From NCBI RefSeq assembly GCF_009914755.1, contig NC_060925.1: a stretch of 64,000 nt of DNA, one strand, 5' to 3'. Position numbers and translations under genes: made by a program. Numbering within the stretch: position 1 is the first letter of the stretch; the number at the start of each line of letters is the position of its first letter. Under the pieces are notes generated by a model, which ran no database searches, was not told the DNA's origin, and saw only the letters and a list, made by a program, of their open reading frames with translations. Positions 31,950 through 46,559 of this stretch are shown piece by piece. The stretch is from the human T2T-CHM13v2.0 reference genome, Homo sapiens.

Positions 31950-32244
31950 GGGCCAGGCACAGTGGCTCACACCTGTAATCCCAGCACTTTGGGACATTGA
32001 GGTAGGCGGATTACTTGAGGCCAGGAATTCAAGACCAGCTTGGCCAACATGGCAAAACCCCATCTCTACTAAAAATACAGAAACAAAACAAAACAAAAAA
32101 ATAGCCAGGCATGGTGGAGCACACCTGTAATCCCAGCTACTTGGGAAGCTGAGGCATGAGAATCACTTGAACCCAGGAGGCAGGAGGCTACAGTGAGTCA
32201 TGATCATGCCACTGCACTCCAGCCCAGGCAACAGAGCAAGACTG

Positions 32245-32282
<38 letters not shown>
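31950..32282 (+). mobile_element. Full-length Alu (old S/J type) with ~35-nt A tail
   Basis: Alu consensus; TSD gcaagatg on both sides. Confidence 0.93.
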
Positions 32283-32286
<4 letters not shown>

Positions 32287-35200
32287 AGATGAGGTATGGC
32301 GTAACATGAAATCTATTTTTTATTGCCCATGGCAGCCTCTGAAATACTACAAACATACTGTGAAAGCTAATGCAATTCTGATCTGTGAACAAAAGTTTCC
32401 ATTAAAACTAATACTAACCTTGGGCTAGTTAAGCATATTTCTGCTAAACTGTGAGTTCTTTAAAAGCAGCAATGGCATTTTAGGCATTTCTGTACACTTA
32501 GTAGTATATATATTTAAGTCTTTAATGAATATTTATTGAGTTCACATTACTGAACTCATGAACTAATAATTTGTGAGTAACTTATGTGCTTTATGCTATT
32601 AAGTTCATCACTTTTTCTGATACTTAATCACGAAAATGGAAGTTACTGAAGAAATTAGTGTTTTTGATCAGGGAAGAGAGAGGAATAAATTTCTAAAATG
32701 GGGCATTTTGGGAAAGTGCAGAACTCTAGTAAATTAGGATAATCAGAGGCACCATGAAAACACAGAACTTGCATGTAGGTGAGGAAGGAATGATGAGGGG
32801 ATGTTAATGACATACTTTGCAATTTTATAGAATACAGCAGTTCTAGGTACCCTCTCCCTCTCCCTACACATTCCATTTAATGTCTTCTTCCTTCTCCCCT
32901 CTAAAGTGGGTACCCTCTGGCTATCGATAACTATACAAGGGAAGAAAATTAAGAACATGTAAGAACAGGGTGATTTAGCAAGAAGTAGGTACATGAAGCA
33001 AAGGAAGCTGGTTCTTATTCAAGGACTTTTCCTTTGATGGGCTTTATGCTTTTTAAACTCTGACGATACTAGATATCAATAGATGACTGTATTTCAACTA
33101 TAGGCATTGAAAAATGTATTTAGAATTTATGACTCATCAAGGACTATGAGATTTTACAAATATAAGATCAATATATGTAAACAGTGCCATGTGTCTTCCC
33201 TCTCCACTGTTTAATACTAGTTACGTGTATAAATTTTAAATGTGCATAGTCTGAAATATGATCCCGGAAATAGATAATACTTCCCAATTATCTGTCATCA
33301 TTTACTATACTATGTATAGAAATAAATAAGTAAACAATATGAGGAAGAGAACAGTATAAAGTTGGGCAACTCTCTACATTTTGAATAAATGATTTCACTT
33401 AGAAAAGCAATATTTATTTAATGTAGGTAACCAAGAAGAAAATTTAAATAAGTTGAGTGCCAGGAATTGAGAACATGTGACCATGCACATCTCCTATAAA
33501 ACTGTTCAAAGTAACACACTTTATAAAAAATGTTCAGATTCTACATAGATTCATGAAATTTTAAATCACTTAAAAATAGTTATTCAGAACATATGTGCAA
33601 AACACTGTTTTTATATATTTGGAATATATCAGCAAACTAATATATTCCTTAGGAGTCAATTACTTCAACCACCTAGAACCCAGTTGCAAAAAAAAAGTAC
33701 AAATGTCTTGAAAACAATAATATGAAGCCATTAAAAAGTTTTGTGAGTTAAGTTTGAGCAATTTTTGTGAAAATCTCTCACAGTCCTTTGATTTACTTTA
33801 TTCTAATAAGCTCAGATCTCTGAATTTCTAGTCCAGAAAGTAGAATGTGATAACTTGAAAGGAAGGGAAAGAAAAGAGGTGAGATGTTTTAAGTAGATTA
33901 CTTTTTGAATTTTACACCTGTACATGCTATTGTTAATGCACATTCATTTATAGAACACAAAGACTTTATAATTGTAATGTTTAACACACATATATTTGAA
34001 ATGGGTACATTGACATTGAGATATTTTGTAAATTAAAAAACTGATCATGTGAGAAATATTTTCTTTAAGGAATCAAAAATTCTCTTCAATGGAGAGAGAG
34101 GACAATAAATAATAAACATACTAAGTCATATGATAGAAGTTGACAAACAATATGCAAAACATAAAGCAAAATAGAATCAGAAGTGTCAGGGTGTGTTCTG
34201 GTAGTGAGATTGAACTTTTAAATATTGTAGTCAGGTTAAAGGTTATTGAGGTAACAGTTGAGACTTTCATTATAGTTATATGCAGATTTCACATATAATA
34301 AAATCTACCTATATACAAATATATAGAGAGACATATATGTGTCTATATGTGTATTATATATCAGATATATCACATATCTGGATACCATTATAATGAAAAT
34401 ATGCCTAACTATCAAAAAACTCAAGACCTTCTTTTTGTTATTCGCTCTCATGTGTCACACCAAAGGCTGGAGACCTTAAGTTTGCCTTTAACCCTCAGCA
34501 GCAGGACAAAACCACTTCTAGCTTGTATTCCAGAAATACATTTCTTAAAACAAGTGCTCTAAGGAAAAAAGCATTTGCAATGTAATTATTTTCATTTGTT
34601 TAGTAGATTTTTACAGCCTTATTTCATGTGTTCAGCACCTTTGAGCATATGTCCATTTGCCATAAGGCAAAAGTTTAAAGGGATTTCCTGCAGTGATGCT
34701 TTTGTTTTCTCAGTATGTGATTAGAAGTCTTGTGATCGACCTTAACTGAAGAAGGATTTAATAGGAATAAATTATGGAAAAGAAACGAAATGAATCAGAA
34801 TTTAGCTTTTGAGAAATCAACAAACATAATTTACTTTTTAAATTATCAATAAGAAAACCCTCTGTTTATAAGTGGTGCCTCATTGGCTAATAATTACTCC
34901 TTGAAAATATCTACCCATATCATTGAATCTAAGTGCCATTTACTAAGATGTCCTATAGTTTTAGCTTTTCTCAGTGCAGATTAATAGCAGAAGCTGTACT
35001 TCATCCAGACAAAAATATTTAACATCAAAAGCAAAAATTAAGAAATAAGGAAGCTAAACACCAAGCCTCCATTTAAGGTATATAAATAGTATTGATGATT
35101 AGCGATAAGAATAATCATCTTCTGCTCATGTGCCGTGCTAAAGCAAAGAATAACTGACTCACATACACAAGGAAAATGCTCTTTAATTTGCTCTGTTGTT

Positions 35201-37501
35201 ATAAAAGTTCTTTTAAGTCTCTCATATTCATATTCACTTATATTCTGTACTGTTAATATCACTTCACAGAAAGACTAAAAGTACATTTTGGTTTATTAAC
35301 AGTAATAGACATAGTTATAAAATTTGCCTGTGGTTAAATTTATACTCAACTTATTCTCAAACAGATCTGAGGCTGCTTGCAGTAACATTGATGTGAATGG
35401 TAAATACAGACGAAGAGGAAGTCAATATGCTAACCCTAAGTTTGCTCAGTTTCTGAAGATACCTTTATGGCAAAAAGCCAGGCAGTAAACGGATCCAGCA
35501 AAAGTGCCAACACCCTTCATTGGGAAAACTTCCTCTCTTGAACCTTTAAATCAGGATAGTGCTTTTTTATTTGACACCTATGATGGTGTAGAGCTTCAGG
35601 TTTTAAGCAGCCAGTTTTAAAAAGAAAATACAGTACTACAATACCTAGCTCTTGCACGAGGAAGAAGAAATCACGAGTGTTCCTCAGGAAAAACTTGTTA
35701 TCCTCGCATTAATTTTTAAAGTAATTTCTCAGGTGGCATTTTTATTAGGGGTAGTGAGTGATGTAAGTGACAGGGCCTTCAGTAGCATTTTTACAGCAAA
35801 GTCCAGACACGTTCCTAATGGTTGTTTCCTACAATGACCTTAAACTTTTTTAAAAGCATAACTGTAAATCTCAGTAAAGATGATTCTGCATTGTCACATT
35901 TTCTTGGTAATAGTTTGACAAACTACACTTCAAAAACCACATGCTTTTAAAAATTGGGATTTTTTTAAATTTGAATTCTTCCAAATATTTTATCTTCACC
36001 TTTGCCTCTTGAATACCGCATGTCTTGTAGTGACAATCCAAAAGCAGTGGTGGCTACATATTTTTCTTCTCTGGCCTTGGCACATTTCTTAAGCTAATTA
36101 CAAAACTTAGATATGCAAGAGTACCTTTGGCATTAGCAAATAATGAGCACATCTTGTCTCTGGATCCAGATGCAAAGAGAGACTATCTCCCAAGATTACG
36201 GATTGCCACAATTGAGAGGTTCATGTCAGCAACCAGAATACTCTCAAAAATGTAAATCAGATTATATCCTTTCATGACTTTCCAATGCTATTAGAATAAA
36301 ATACAAACTCCTTACCTTACTTCCAAGGTCCTACATAATCAGGCCCCTTCTCACCCTGTGATCTCACCTCCTACCACTTTCCAGTTCATTCATTATGCAC
36401 CAATCATCCTAGCCATGTTTCTTCCTCAAGTATAACAAGGTCTTTCCCATGTTTGATACTTCCTCCTGCCTGGAACGATCTTCTGCAGATATTTTCATAG
36501 CTGGCTCCTTCCTATCGTTCAGATGAGAGTGGATATTTTTATCTTGTTCCTGATCTTAGGGGGGACAAAATGCCCAGTTTCTCATCATTCACTATGATTT
36601 TAGGTGTAGCGTTTTTGTAGATGCTCTTTAGAAAGTTTGAGCAAATTCCCCTTTATTCCTCGTTTGCTGAGAGATTTTGTCATGAATGAGTATTGGGTTT
36701 TGTCAAATGCTTTTTCTACATCTATTAAAATGATCACATTATTTTTTCTTCTTTAGCCTGTGGATGTCATTGATTACATTTATTGATTTTGAAATGTTGA
36801 ACTACCTTGCCTACCTGGAATAAATCTCATTTCGTAGTGGCATATCATCCTTTTTGTACATTGGTGGATTTGATTCACTAATCTTGTTGAGGAGTTTTGC
36901 ATCAATGTTCATGAGAGATCAGAGTCTGTAGTTTTTCTTTCTTATAATGTCTGTTTTTGGCATTAGGATAATGATGTCCTTATAGAATGAGTCAGGAAGT
37001 GTTCCCTTTGCTTCTACTTTCTAGAAGAGATTGTGGAGAATTGGTATCATTTCTTGCTTAAATATTTGGTACATTTCACCAGTGAAACAATCTGGGCTTA
37101 GTGCTTTCTTTCTTGGAAGGTTATTAATTAGTGACACTATTTTTTTTAATAGATATAGGTCTATTCAGATTGTTTTTCAAGGAGGTAGTGCATTTTATCT
37201 AAGTTATCAAATCTGTGTGCATAGAGCTGTTCATATTACTTCTTTATTATCCTAAAACATTCATGGGATCAATAGTCATGATTCCTCTCTCATTTCTGAT
37301 ACTGGTAATTTGTGTTTTCTCTCTTTTGTCCTTGGTTGGTTTGGCTTGAAGTTTATTGATTTTATTGATCTTTTCAAAGAACCAGCTGTTTGGTGTCATT
37401 GATTTTCTCTATTGTTTTCCTGTTATCAATTTCGTTGATTTCTCCTCTAATTTTTATGTTTCTTTTCTTCTGCTTCCTTTAGGTTTAAACTGACCTTCTT
37501 A

Positions 37502-37790
<289 letters not shown>

Positions 37791-37880
37791 TAATAAGTAA
37801 ATAAATTGCCCTTCTTCATTTAGCTTCCTAAAATGAAATCTTAGATTACTGGCTTTGAATATTTCTTCTTTGCTAATAAA

Positions 37881-38195
37881 CAGTCATCCCTCCATATACC
37901 CATGGGTTCTGCATCTGCAGATTCAGCCAAATGCAGGTCAAAAATGTTTGAAAAAGTAAAACCAATAAAAATAATACAAATTAAATACCAATGCTCTATA
38001 ACAACTATTTACATAGCATTTACAGTGTATTCGATATTATAAGTAATCTAGAGATGATTTAAAGTTTACAGAAGAATGTATGTAGGTTATATGCAAATAT
38101 GACACCATTTTATAAAAGGAACTTGAACATCTGCAGATTTTGGTCTCTGCAGGAGGCCCTGGAACCAATCCCCATGGATACTGAGAAATGACCAT
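37881..38195. mobile_element. Tigger3/MER8-like non-autonomous DNA transposon
   Basis: TIR-like cagtcatccctc ... gagaaatgaccatg; internal ggaaccaatccccatggatac. Confidence 0.7.
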
Positions 38196-38391
38196 GTGTA
38201 CTTAATGTTATAAATTTCCCTCTAAACATTGCTTTTGTTGCATCCCACGAATTTTGATAAGTTGCATTTTCATTTATTTTGAATATTTTCTAATTTATCT
38301 TGAGACTTTGACACATGTTATTTAGAAGTATTTTGCTTAATCTCCAAATATTTGGAGGCTTTCGAGCAATCTTTTTGTTACTTATTTCTAG

Positions 38392-38755
<364 letters not shown>

Positions 38756-40733
38756 TGTAAAGTTGTATTTTGTAGCTCAAATGTAACCTATTTTAATACA
38801 TATCTATTCAAGCTTGAGAAGAATGTGTATTCTGCCATTGTGGAAGTATTCTATAAATTTCAATTACATCAAGTTCATCTAGATCAAATTGATAGTACTA
38901 TTCAGGTCAACTATATCCTTACTGACTTTCTGCCTGTTTGACTTATGAATTACTTACTGAAAGGTGTTGAAGTTTGTAACTGTTACAGTATATTTGCCTA
39001 TATGTCTCACGTAATTTAACCCTTTGTTGTTAGATGCATGCTAAGGATTCTTATATCTTCTTGGAGAATTGATTTCCTTATTATGTAATGCCTCTCTATC
39101 TTGATCATTTTCCTTGTTCTGAATTTTGTATTGTCTGAAATCAATATAGCTACTTCATCTTTCTTTTGTTAAGTGTTAGCATAGTATATCTTTTTCCATC
39201 CCTTTAATCTATATATGTCTTCATATTTAAAGTGGGCTTTTTGTAACATTGTTACTTTTTTCATATCTTTTTCTGCCTTGTCTTGTTTTTGAACATTTTA
39301 TACTATCCATTTTATCTCCTCTCCTCTTTTTGAAAAAAGTTAGTTGCTCCAGAGTTTGCAATATATATTTTTAACAAACTTAAAACTAACTGAAAACTAA
39401 CTTCAAATAACAGTATACTGTTTCACATGTAGTGCAGGTACCTAATAACAGAGTTGTCCCAGTTCTTACTTTCTGACCCTTATGACATCATTGTCATCCA
39501 CTCCACTTATCCATATGCTAGATATTGTTTCTATTATTACTTTAAACAGTTTAAAGTTTAGTGTTAAGAATAAGAAAAATAAAATATTTTATCTTCATTT
39601 ATTCCTTCTCTAACATTCCTTTTTTAAATATAAAACTAAGTTTCTGACCTATGTCATTTTCCTTCTCCCTGAAGAACTTCTTTTAATATTTCTTACAGGG
39701 TAGATCTGCTTGCAATGAATTCCTTCAGTTTTTGTTTTTCTGAGAAAGTAATTTTTCTTCACTTGTGAGAGATAATTTCACTGGATGTAGAATTATAGGT
39801 TACAGGGCTTTTTTTTTCTTTTACAATGCTTTAAATATCTCACTCTATTTTATTCTTTTTTGTATGGTTTCTGACAAGAAATCTGCTGCAATTCTTGTCC
39901 TTAATCTCCCATCTGGTGGCTTTCAATATATTTTTGCCTTTGGTTTTTTGAAATTTGAATATGATATGCCCTGGTGTAGATTTTTCGTAATTATCCTGCT
40001 TGGTGTTCTCTGAGCTTTCTGGATCTGTTGTTTCCTGTCTATAATTAATTCTGAAATGTTCTTGTGCCATTATTAATTCAAATGTTTCTTCTGTCCCATT
40101 CACTCCTTCTTCTCTTTTGGTATTTCAACAATGTGTATGTTACATCTTTTGAAATTGTTCCACAGTTCTTGGGTGTTCTGTTCCTTTTTTAAATTCACTT
40201 ATCTGTTTTATTTCAGTTAGGGAGTTTTCTGTTTCCCTATCTTCTAGCTTAGTGGATTTTTTCTTCTGTTATGCCATGTGTACTGATGATCCCATCAAAG
40301 GCATTCTTCACATTTAAGATAGTGTCTCTGATTTTTAGCATTTCCCTTTGATTCTTAGAGTTTCCATTTCTCTGCTTACATTCCCCTTCTGTTCATGCCT
40401 ATTGTCTATATTTTTCCACTAGAACCCTTAAATATTAACCATAACTTCCTGGTTTGATAATTCCAATGTCTGTGTCATATCTGAGTTTGATTCTTATGCT
40501 TGCTTTATCTCTTCAGACTGTTTTTGTTTGTCTTTTAGCATATCTTGTAAATTTTTGTTGAAAGCTAGACATGATCAGATACTAGGAACTGAGGTAAATA
40601 GGCCTTAAGTGTGAGGTTTTGTTTTAATATGGCTAGGAGGTGGGTTGTATTTGATGTTTGCTGAAGTTGCACATGCCATAAGCTTCCAATTTCTCTAGTA
40701 TCCGTTTTCCTTCCTATAGTATTTGGGCCTCCC

Positions 40734-41281
40734 TGTATTAGTCAGTGTTCACTAAAGGGACAGGACTAATAGGATAGATGTATATATGAAAGTTAGTTTA
40801 TTAAAGAGTCTTGGCTCACACAATCACAAGGTGAAGTCCCACAACAGGCCATCTGCAAACTGAGGAGCAAGGAAGCCAGTTCGAGTCCCAAAACCTCAAA
40901 AGCAGGGAAGCCAATATCAGCCTTCAGTCTGTGGCCGAAGGCCTAAGAGCCCCTGGCAAACCAATGGTGTAGGTCCAAGAATCCAAAAGCTGAAGAACTT
41001 GGAGTCTGATGTTCGAGGGCAGGAAGCATCCAGCATGGGAGAAAGATGAAGGCTGGAAGACTCAGCCAGTCTGGTCTTTCCACCTTCTTCTGCCTGCTTT
41101 TATTCTAGCTGCGATGGCAGCTGATTAGATTGTGCCCACCCAGATTGAGTGTGGGTCTGCCTCTCCCAGTCCTCTGACTCCAGTGTTAATTTCCTTTGGC
41201 TGCAGCCTCACAGATACACCTAGGATCAATACTTTGCATCCTTCAGTCCAATCAAGTTGACACTCAATATTAACTATCACA
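40734..41281 (-). mobile_element. MLT2 (ERVL) solo LTR
   Basis: tgtattagtcag...aatattaactatcaca termini; 5-bp TSD-like ctccc/cttcc. Confidence 0.85.
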
Positions 41282-42250
41282 CTTCCTAAGGACTCCTCTT
41301 CAAGAGAGTCTGTGTTTTTCAGCTCCTTCAGCTATAATTCAGTTATGACAATAGAGCCCGATTGATATGGGGGTGAAGTATGAAGAGAATCATTCATTCT
41401 AGAATCTTATGATTAAATTTCAATTTTTTAGTTGGCCTGTGTCCCTGGGCTGTGACTTTTACAAGTGTTTCTTAGGTTCTCCCTCCATCCCAGTAGGTGA
41501 AACAGAAGGGCTCAAGAGGAAGCTAGAGTTGAAGAAACTGTCCTTCCCCTACAGAGGATAAGGCCGTGATAATGTATTTTTCCCTGGAGAGTAGGCCTTT
41601 GTTATGAGAATGTTCTAGGCCTACTTTTATAATGGTTACTTTCCCCCTCTATCTACAGAACATTTTCATGTCTCCCAACTGAAACTATGCACACTAAACA
41701 CAAATTTCCCATTTTCCCTTCCCTTCAGCTCCTGGAAACCACCATCCTGCCTCCTAACAATGGAGTCTTTTGCATTTGCCATAATGTTTTTGAGGTTTCT
41801 CCACGTTATGGTATGTATCAGTATTTCATTCCTTTTTATCACAGAATAGAATTCATTGTATGAATATACCACATTTTATTTATCTACTCAGTAGCTGATA
41901 GACATTTGGGTTGTTTCTACCTTTGACTATTATAAATATTATTGCTATAAGAATGTGCATACAAGTCTTTGTGTCAACCTATGTGTTTATTTATATTGGT
42001 TAGATTTCTGTGCATAGAATTGTTGGTTTGTACGTAATTTTTAAGAAGCTAACAATCTGTTTTCAAAAGTAGCTGTACTGTGTTATGTTCCCATCAGCAA
42101 TGTATGAGAATTCCAGTTTCTCTACAGCTGTTAATACTTGGTATTTTCTGCTTTTTTTGTTACAACCATTCTAGTGAATGTATACTGCTATCTCATTGGC
42201 ATTAATTTGCTTTTCCCGAATGACAAATACTGTTAAGAACTTTTCATATT

Positions 42251-42405
42251 CAGATTGAACACCTCTTATCCAAAATGCTAGGAACCTAAGTATTTTGGAT
42301 TTTTATTTTTCTCAGGTTTTAAAATGTTTGCAGAATACATACCACATAAGTATTCCTAATCCAAAAATCTGAAATCCAAAATGCTCCAATGAGCATTTCC
42401 TTTTC
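42251..42405. mobile_element. MER46/Tigger4-type fragment
   Basis: cagattgaacacctcttatccaaaatgct...aatccaaaaatctgaaatccaaaatgctccaatgagcatttcc. Confidence 0.7.
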
Positions 42406-43129
42406 ATACAATTGTTGCTGGGCAGAATGAGTGGGGGAACATTACAGATGTGGAAGTCCAATTCTCTTACCATCTGCTTGGAGTTTTTTTCCAAAGAAGT
42501 TTTTTTCTTTATGGCCCTAGGATCTGTCTCATCCTCATATATGAGTTCTGGACTGTTGCTGGGGAAAATCACAGCTCTGTATATTTTTGGTTTTCTGTGG
42601 GGACAGTGAAACCAGCTTGCTTCTGTACTGCCACTTTAAAACCAGATGTCTGCCAAAAAATTTTTATTTTAATGGTAATAATTAGCATAAAATTTGCTTT
42701 TAGGACCATTGTAAGCCACAAAGATAACTATAGTAGCACAATTTGTAAATGGGGTTGATAGGGAGTGGCACATAAACAGAAATCCTAAAGGCTGAACATG
42801 TAAAATCACAACTACTTTTATGCCTGTCTTTATCTGGTCTAACATGGCAGTAAACCAAATATGTTTTGACAAAGTGACAGCAAACTGTTATAATGATTGC
42901 CACTCCCTTTTTTCTTCTTTTTGAGGAAGCAGGAAAATGCAGAGCAGAACAAATAGTTCTGTTTCAGACTCTACCCCTTTCCCTGGTTCCAGGCTAAACA
43001 ATACCCAGGTAACAAGCATAAATAAATAACATCACAAAGAATTACACAATACCCAAGCTGGCGCAATTTAAAAAAAAAAAAAAGATGACATGAAAATTGT
43101 AGAGAAATTTTGTCAAGATAATGTGCTAA

Positions 43130-43830
43130 TAGGGTAAGGAGTGAGTGAAAGGACAGAGGAGTCAAAGATAACTTATGGCTTTTAGCTTGTGCAAATGAAA
43201 GAACGGCAGTTTACTGAGATCCAAGAGAACCAGCGTGGGTGACCAGAACTCGATAAGTTGTTTTTTGACTATGTTATGATTAATTAAGCAATCAAGTAAA
43301 TATGGAACTAGGTAGTTGAATATGTAAGTTTAGAATTCAGATAATAAAGCACTAGATATATATAAATTTGAAAGTGATCAGCGTAGACATGGTTCATAAA
43401 GCCATGGGGCAGGGGGAAGACAGAGAGGAAATGTAGATGAGAAGAAAAAAAAAAAGAGATTGGAGAACTTAGCTTCAGGATTACACCTTAGGTTACACTT
43501 AAGTTTAGCTGTCAGGAAGAAGAGGAAGAACCAGCAAAGGAGATCCAGGAGTAACCAGTGAGGTAAAGAAAAAGAACCAGAAAGAGGTATGTTCCAGAAG
43601 CCATAGGAAGAACATGTTTCAATAAAAAATGCTCAGCTATATCAAACCTGCTGTTGACAGGTGAAATACAAAGAGGATTAGGAATCACTGTTTTGACAGT
43701 AGTTTAAGTGGAATGATGGGGATTCTAAACTAAATAGGAGAACAGAAAGTAGACAGCAGTACTGACAGTTCTTTTCAAGGAGTTTTACTCTAAAGGGGAA
43801 AAAAGAAATGGGGCAGGAGGTAGAATGGCA
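43130..43830 (-). mobile_element. L2 fragment
   Basis: Purine-rich degenerate L2-like sequence (ggagtcaaagataac...gacagttcttttcaaggagttt). Confidence 0.6.
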
Positions 43831-46415
43831 CAGGAATTCAAGTAGAGGAGGATTTATCATGAAGCTAATGAAGTCTAAGTTTCAGGGCTTCTCACCTGTG
43901 CAGGCCACTTCTATGGCCCTGGGAGGGGTCCTAACAATGTATTTATGTGATATGTGAAAATAAGTTTTTAAAAAAATTTCCAAAAGTAAAACATTTTAAC
44001 TAAAATAAGCCATTTTCTCCTTCCATTCCAACTTCTGTCCATCAAACATTCCCTCTTTGGTTGGCTGCAGACACTTCTGGATTCTGACTAAATGAGAGTT
44101 AAATTAGTAATATATTTAATTTGCATTTATGTTTTGTTTTAATTTTGAACAAAACATTATTTTCAAGTATAACAAAAATAATTAAATTGAATTAAAAATT
44201 ATTTTCCTTTTTCTCTTAAATCCTGAAGAACTGGAATGACAAAATATGACCCATTCAAGTCTAAAGCACTATGAAAAGTACCAAGAATTATACATTTCTA
44301 GTCATTAATTTATGAAGTAATATAGTTATTTTTGGCTGTAGTCTACTTGTTTTTTTCATTTTTTGAAGAAATACATAATCAATGTGAAGCAAAATAGACT
44401 TGAGAAAGAATTGAAACGACAAAAAAAAAAGAAACGCTATGAGATAGGAAGATGAATCAGCAAAATATGCACTCTTTTACAGTAGATTCCTACTATATCC
44501 AAGAACAAAACCTCCTTATTACACAGGGTAAAACAGAATTCAAAAGGACATTGTATTTCTATTGGAATTCTTTAGACTTTTCTGAAATGTCAAGACAGCC
44601 ATAATTTGATTAATATTAATCTGAAACAGCAGCAAGTCACCATGTCTGAAAAATATTGTATGGACACTACAACATAACTACATCTTGATGCACACTAAAT
44701 AGTAATGTATGTGAAACTTCTCTTTATTTCCCAAGACCCCCTAAATGATTTTATGTAAGCTGCTAGATTTTCATACAACCCTTTCCTAGTCTAATATACA
44801 AATATATGGTCATTCAGTCTCTCCTAGAAGAATGTGAATGACACAGAATCTGCCACTCTAATGGGGAGGCCATATTTTTTGGTTTATTCTGCTTCATAAT
44901 ACAGCAAGGACCTCCCTGACTACAAACATGGATCAGAGCCTCTCATCTTGGAAATATTGCCCCCAAGTTCACTTTTATTTTCGTTTTTGCTCTTTGCTCT
45001 CATCCTTCCTCAACGATTCTCCACACTTCTCACTTTTCATTCTCTACACATCTACACATAATTCTTTTTTTTTTTTTTTTGGCATTAACAAAAGGCATTT
45101 AAAAGAGCATAAAGTGAATGTCCCTCCCTACCAGTGGGCATCAGAGAGAAAATGTGTTCCTGGGATCACAATTGCCACAATAGTTTCAAGTCTATTAAGA
45201 CACTTGCATAGCTGACAAATCCCAGTTAAATGAATTTTGAAATTACCTCCACCTTACTTGTGGTGGGCTTCTTTTCAAAGGGACACCAGATACTGCCATC
45301 TGTATGATACATGTGGATTCTCAACAGTCTTAATCAACTTGTTGCTTTTGATGTCCCCTCCTTCTTCAGGACCAAATAGATGCATTCTTGAAACAATTTT
45401 AAACCAAGAACTGACTTTTTCCCATTTTTAGAATGTACTCATTATAAAACAAGGCTATTTTTGCGGTAGTCAGACAAAGGCACAGCCTCCTTCTTTTAGA
45501 TGTATTTTTTAAACACTTCATGTTTTTAATAAGGAGAAAATGAAATCTATATTTCAACACTATTGGAATATATATAGGCAACATGGGTGGAATGGCTATT
45601 CCTTGCCTTATTATGCCATGGAATAAAAATACTCCTACTCATTTTCCCTCTTTAAATAATGTAAAGTTATGTATAGATAATTCAACACAAAACTATTTGC
45701 CAACTCAAAAAAGATTTTACAAAAGATATAATATCTTAATATGTGGTGTTTTATTCATATATTTTGCAGAGCTGCTCAATTAATTGAAGTTTATATTGGG
45801 GGATTAATCAGACATAAGGAAGAAATAAAAAACTTACAATGAAGGGAGGCAATTATTAAATTGCTTCTGCTCAGCAGAAAATGTTTTCTTCAGGGTCTCA
45901 ACCATGAATGCCTAAATTCTGGGCAGGGAAAGCAGGAGTATAATAGAAATACTAATCAAAATTCACAGGACGTTCACACTGCTTTTTCTTTTAAAAAATG
46001 TTGTATTTGATACATACAAAAGAATATATTGGCATATAAATTTAAAAGTATAAAATAATAAAACTTACCTATCAAATTAAAAACATTACCAATGTTCATG
46101 ACCTACCTATTCCATCTCCCTGTCTTACCAAAAAAGGTAACCACTATCACAAATTTTAAGTATATTATTACATGCCTTTAAAGAAAAAGTTTTATCCGTT
46201 ATGTGTGTTATTCTTAACCAATATGTTGTTTGATTTACATACTTGATTTTGAGCTTTATTTTTGAAATGGTACAATACAACATAGACGGCTACTTGTTTT
46301 TTTCTCAACAGTTTAATTATTCTCTAAAATTTATAAATGCTACTGTATGCAATTATATTCATTTGTTTTTTGCCACTGTATAACATTCCGCTATCACAAA
46401 ATACCAAATTTTTTC

Positions 46416-46522
46416 TATTCATTTTCCTGTCTATTGACTAAATGAGAGTTAAATTAGTAATATATTTAATTTGCATTTATGTTTTGTTTTAATTTTCCTG
46501 TCTATTGACAGGAAAATGAATA
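46416..46522. repeat. Templated insertion: 62-bp exact copy of 44085-44146 plus local direct and inverted duplications
   Basis: Exact matches read directly; see findings. Confidence 0.92.
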
Positions 46523-46559
46523 TTTGGGTTTTTTCAAGGCTCGTATGTTTTCATTTAAA

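Noticed and set aside
27430-33853. 57-nt exon-like core in the duplicated block (27430-27486 YHVLISGLGIQRPEFMRLK; 33797-33853 YHILLSGLEIQRSELIRIK), open in both copies
   Set aside because: 47/57 identity is similar to the neutral arm of the duplication; one copy lacks the AG acceptor and the other has a weak donor. Not enough to call an exon.
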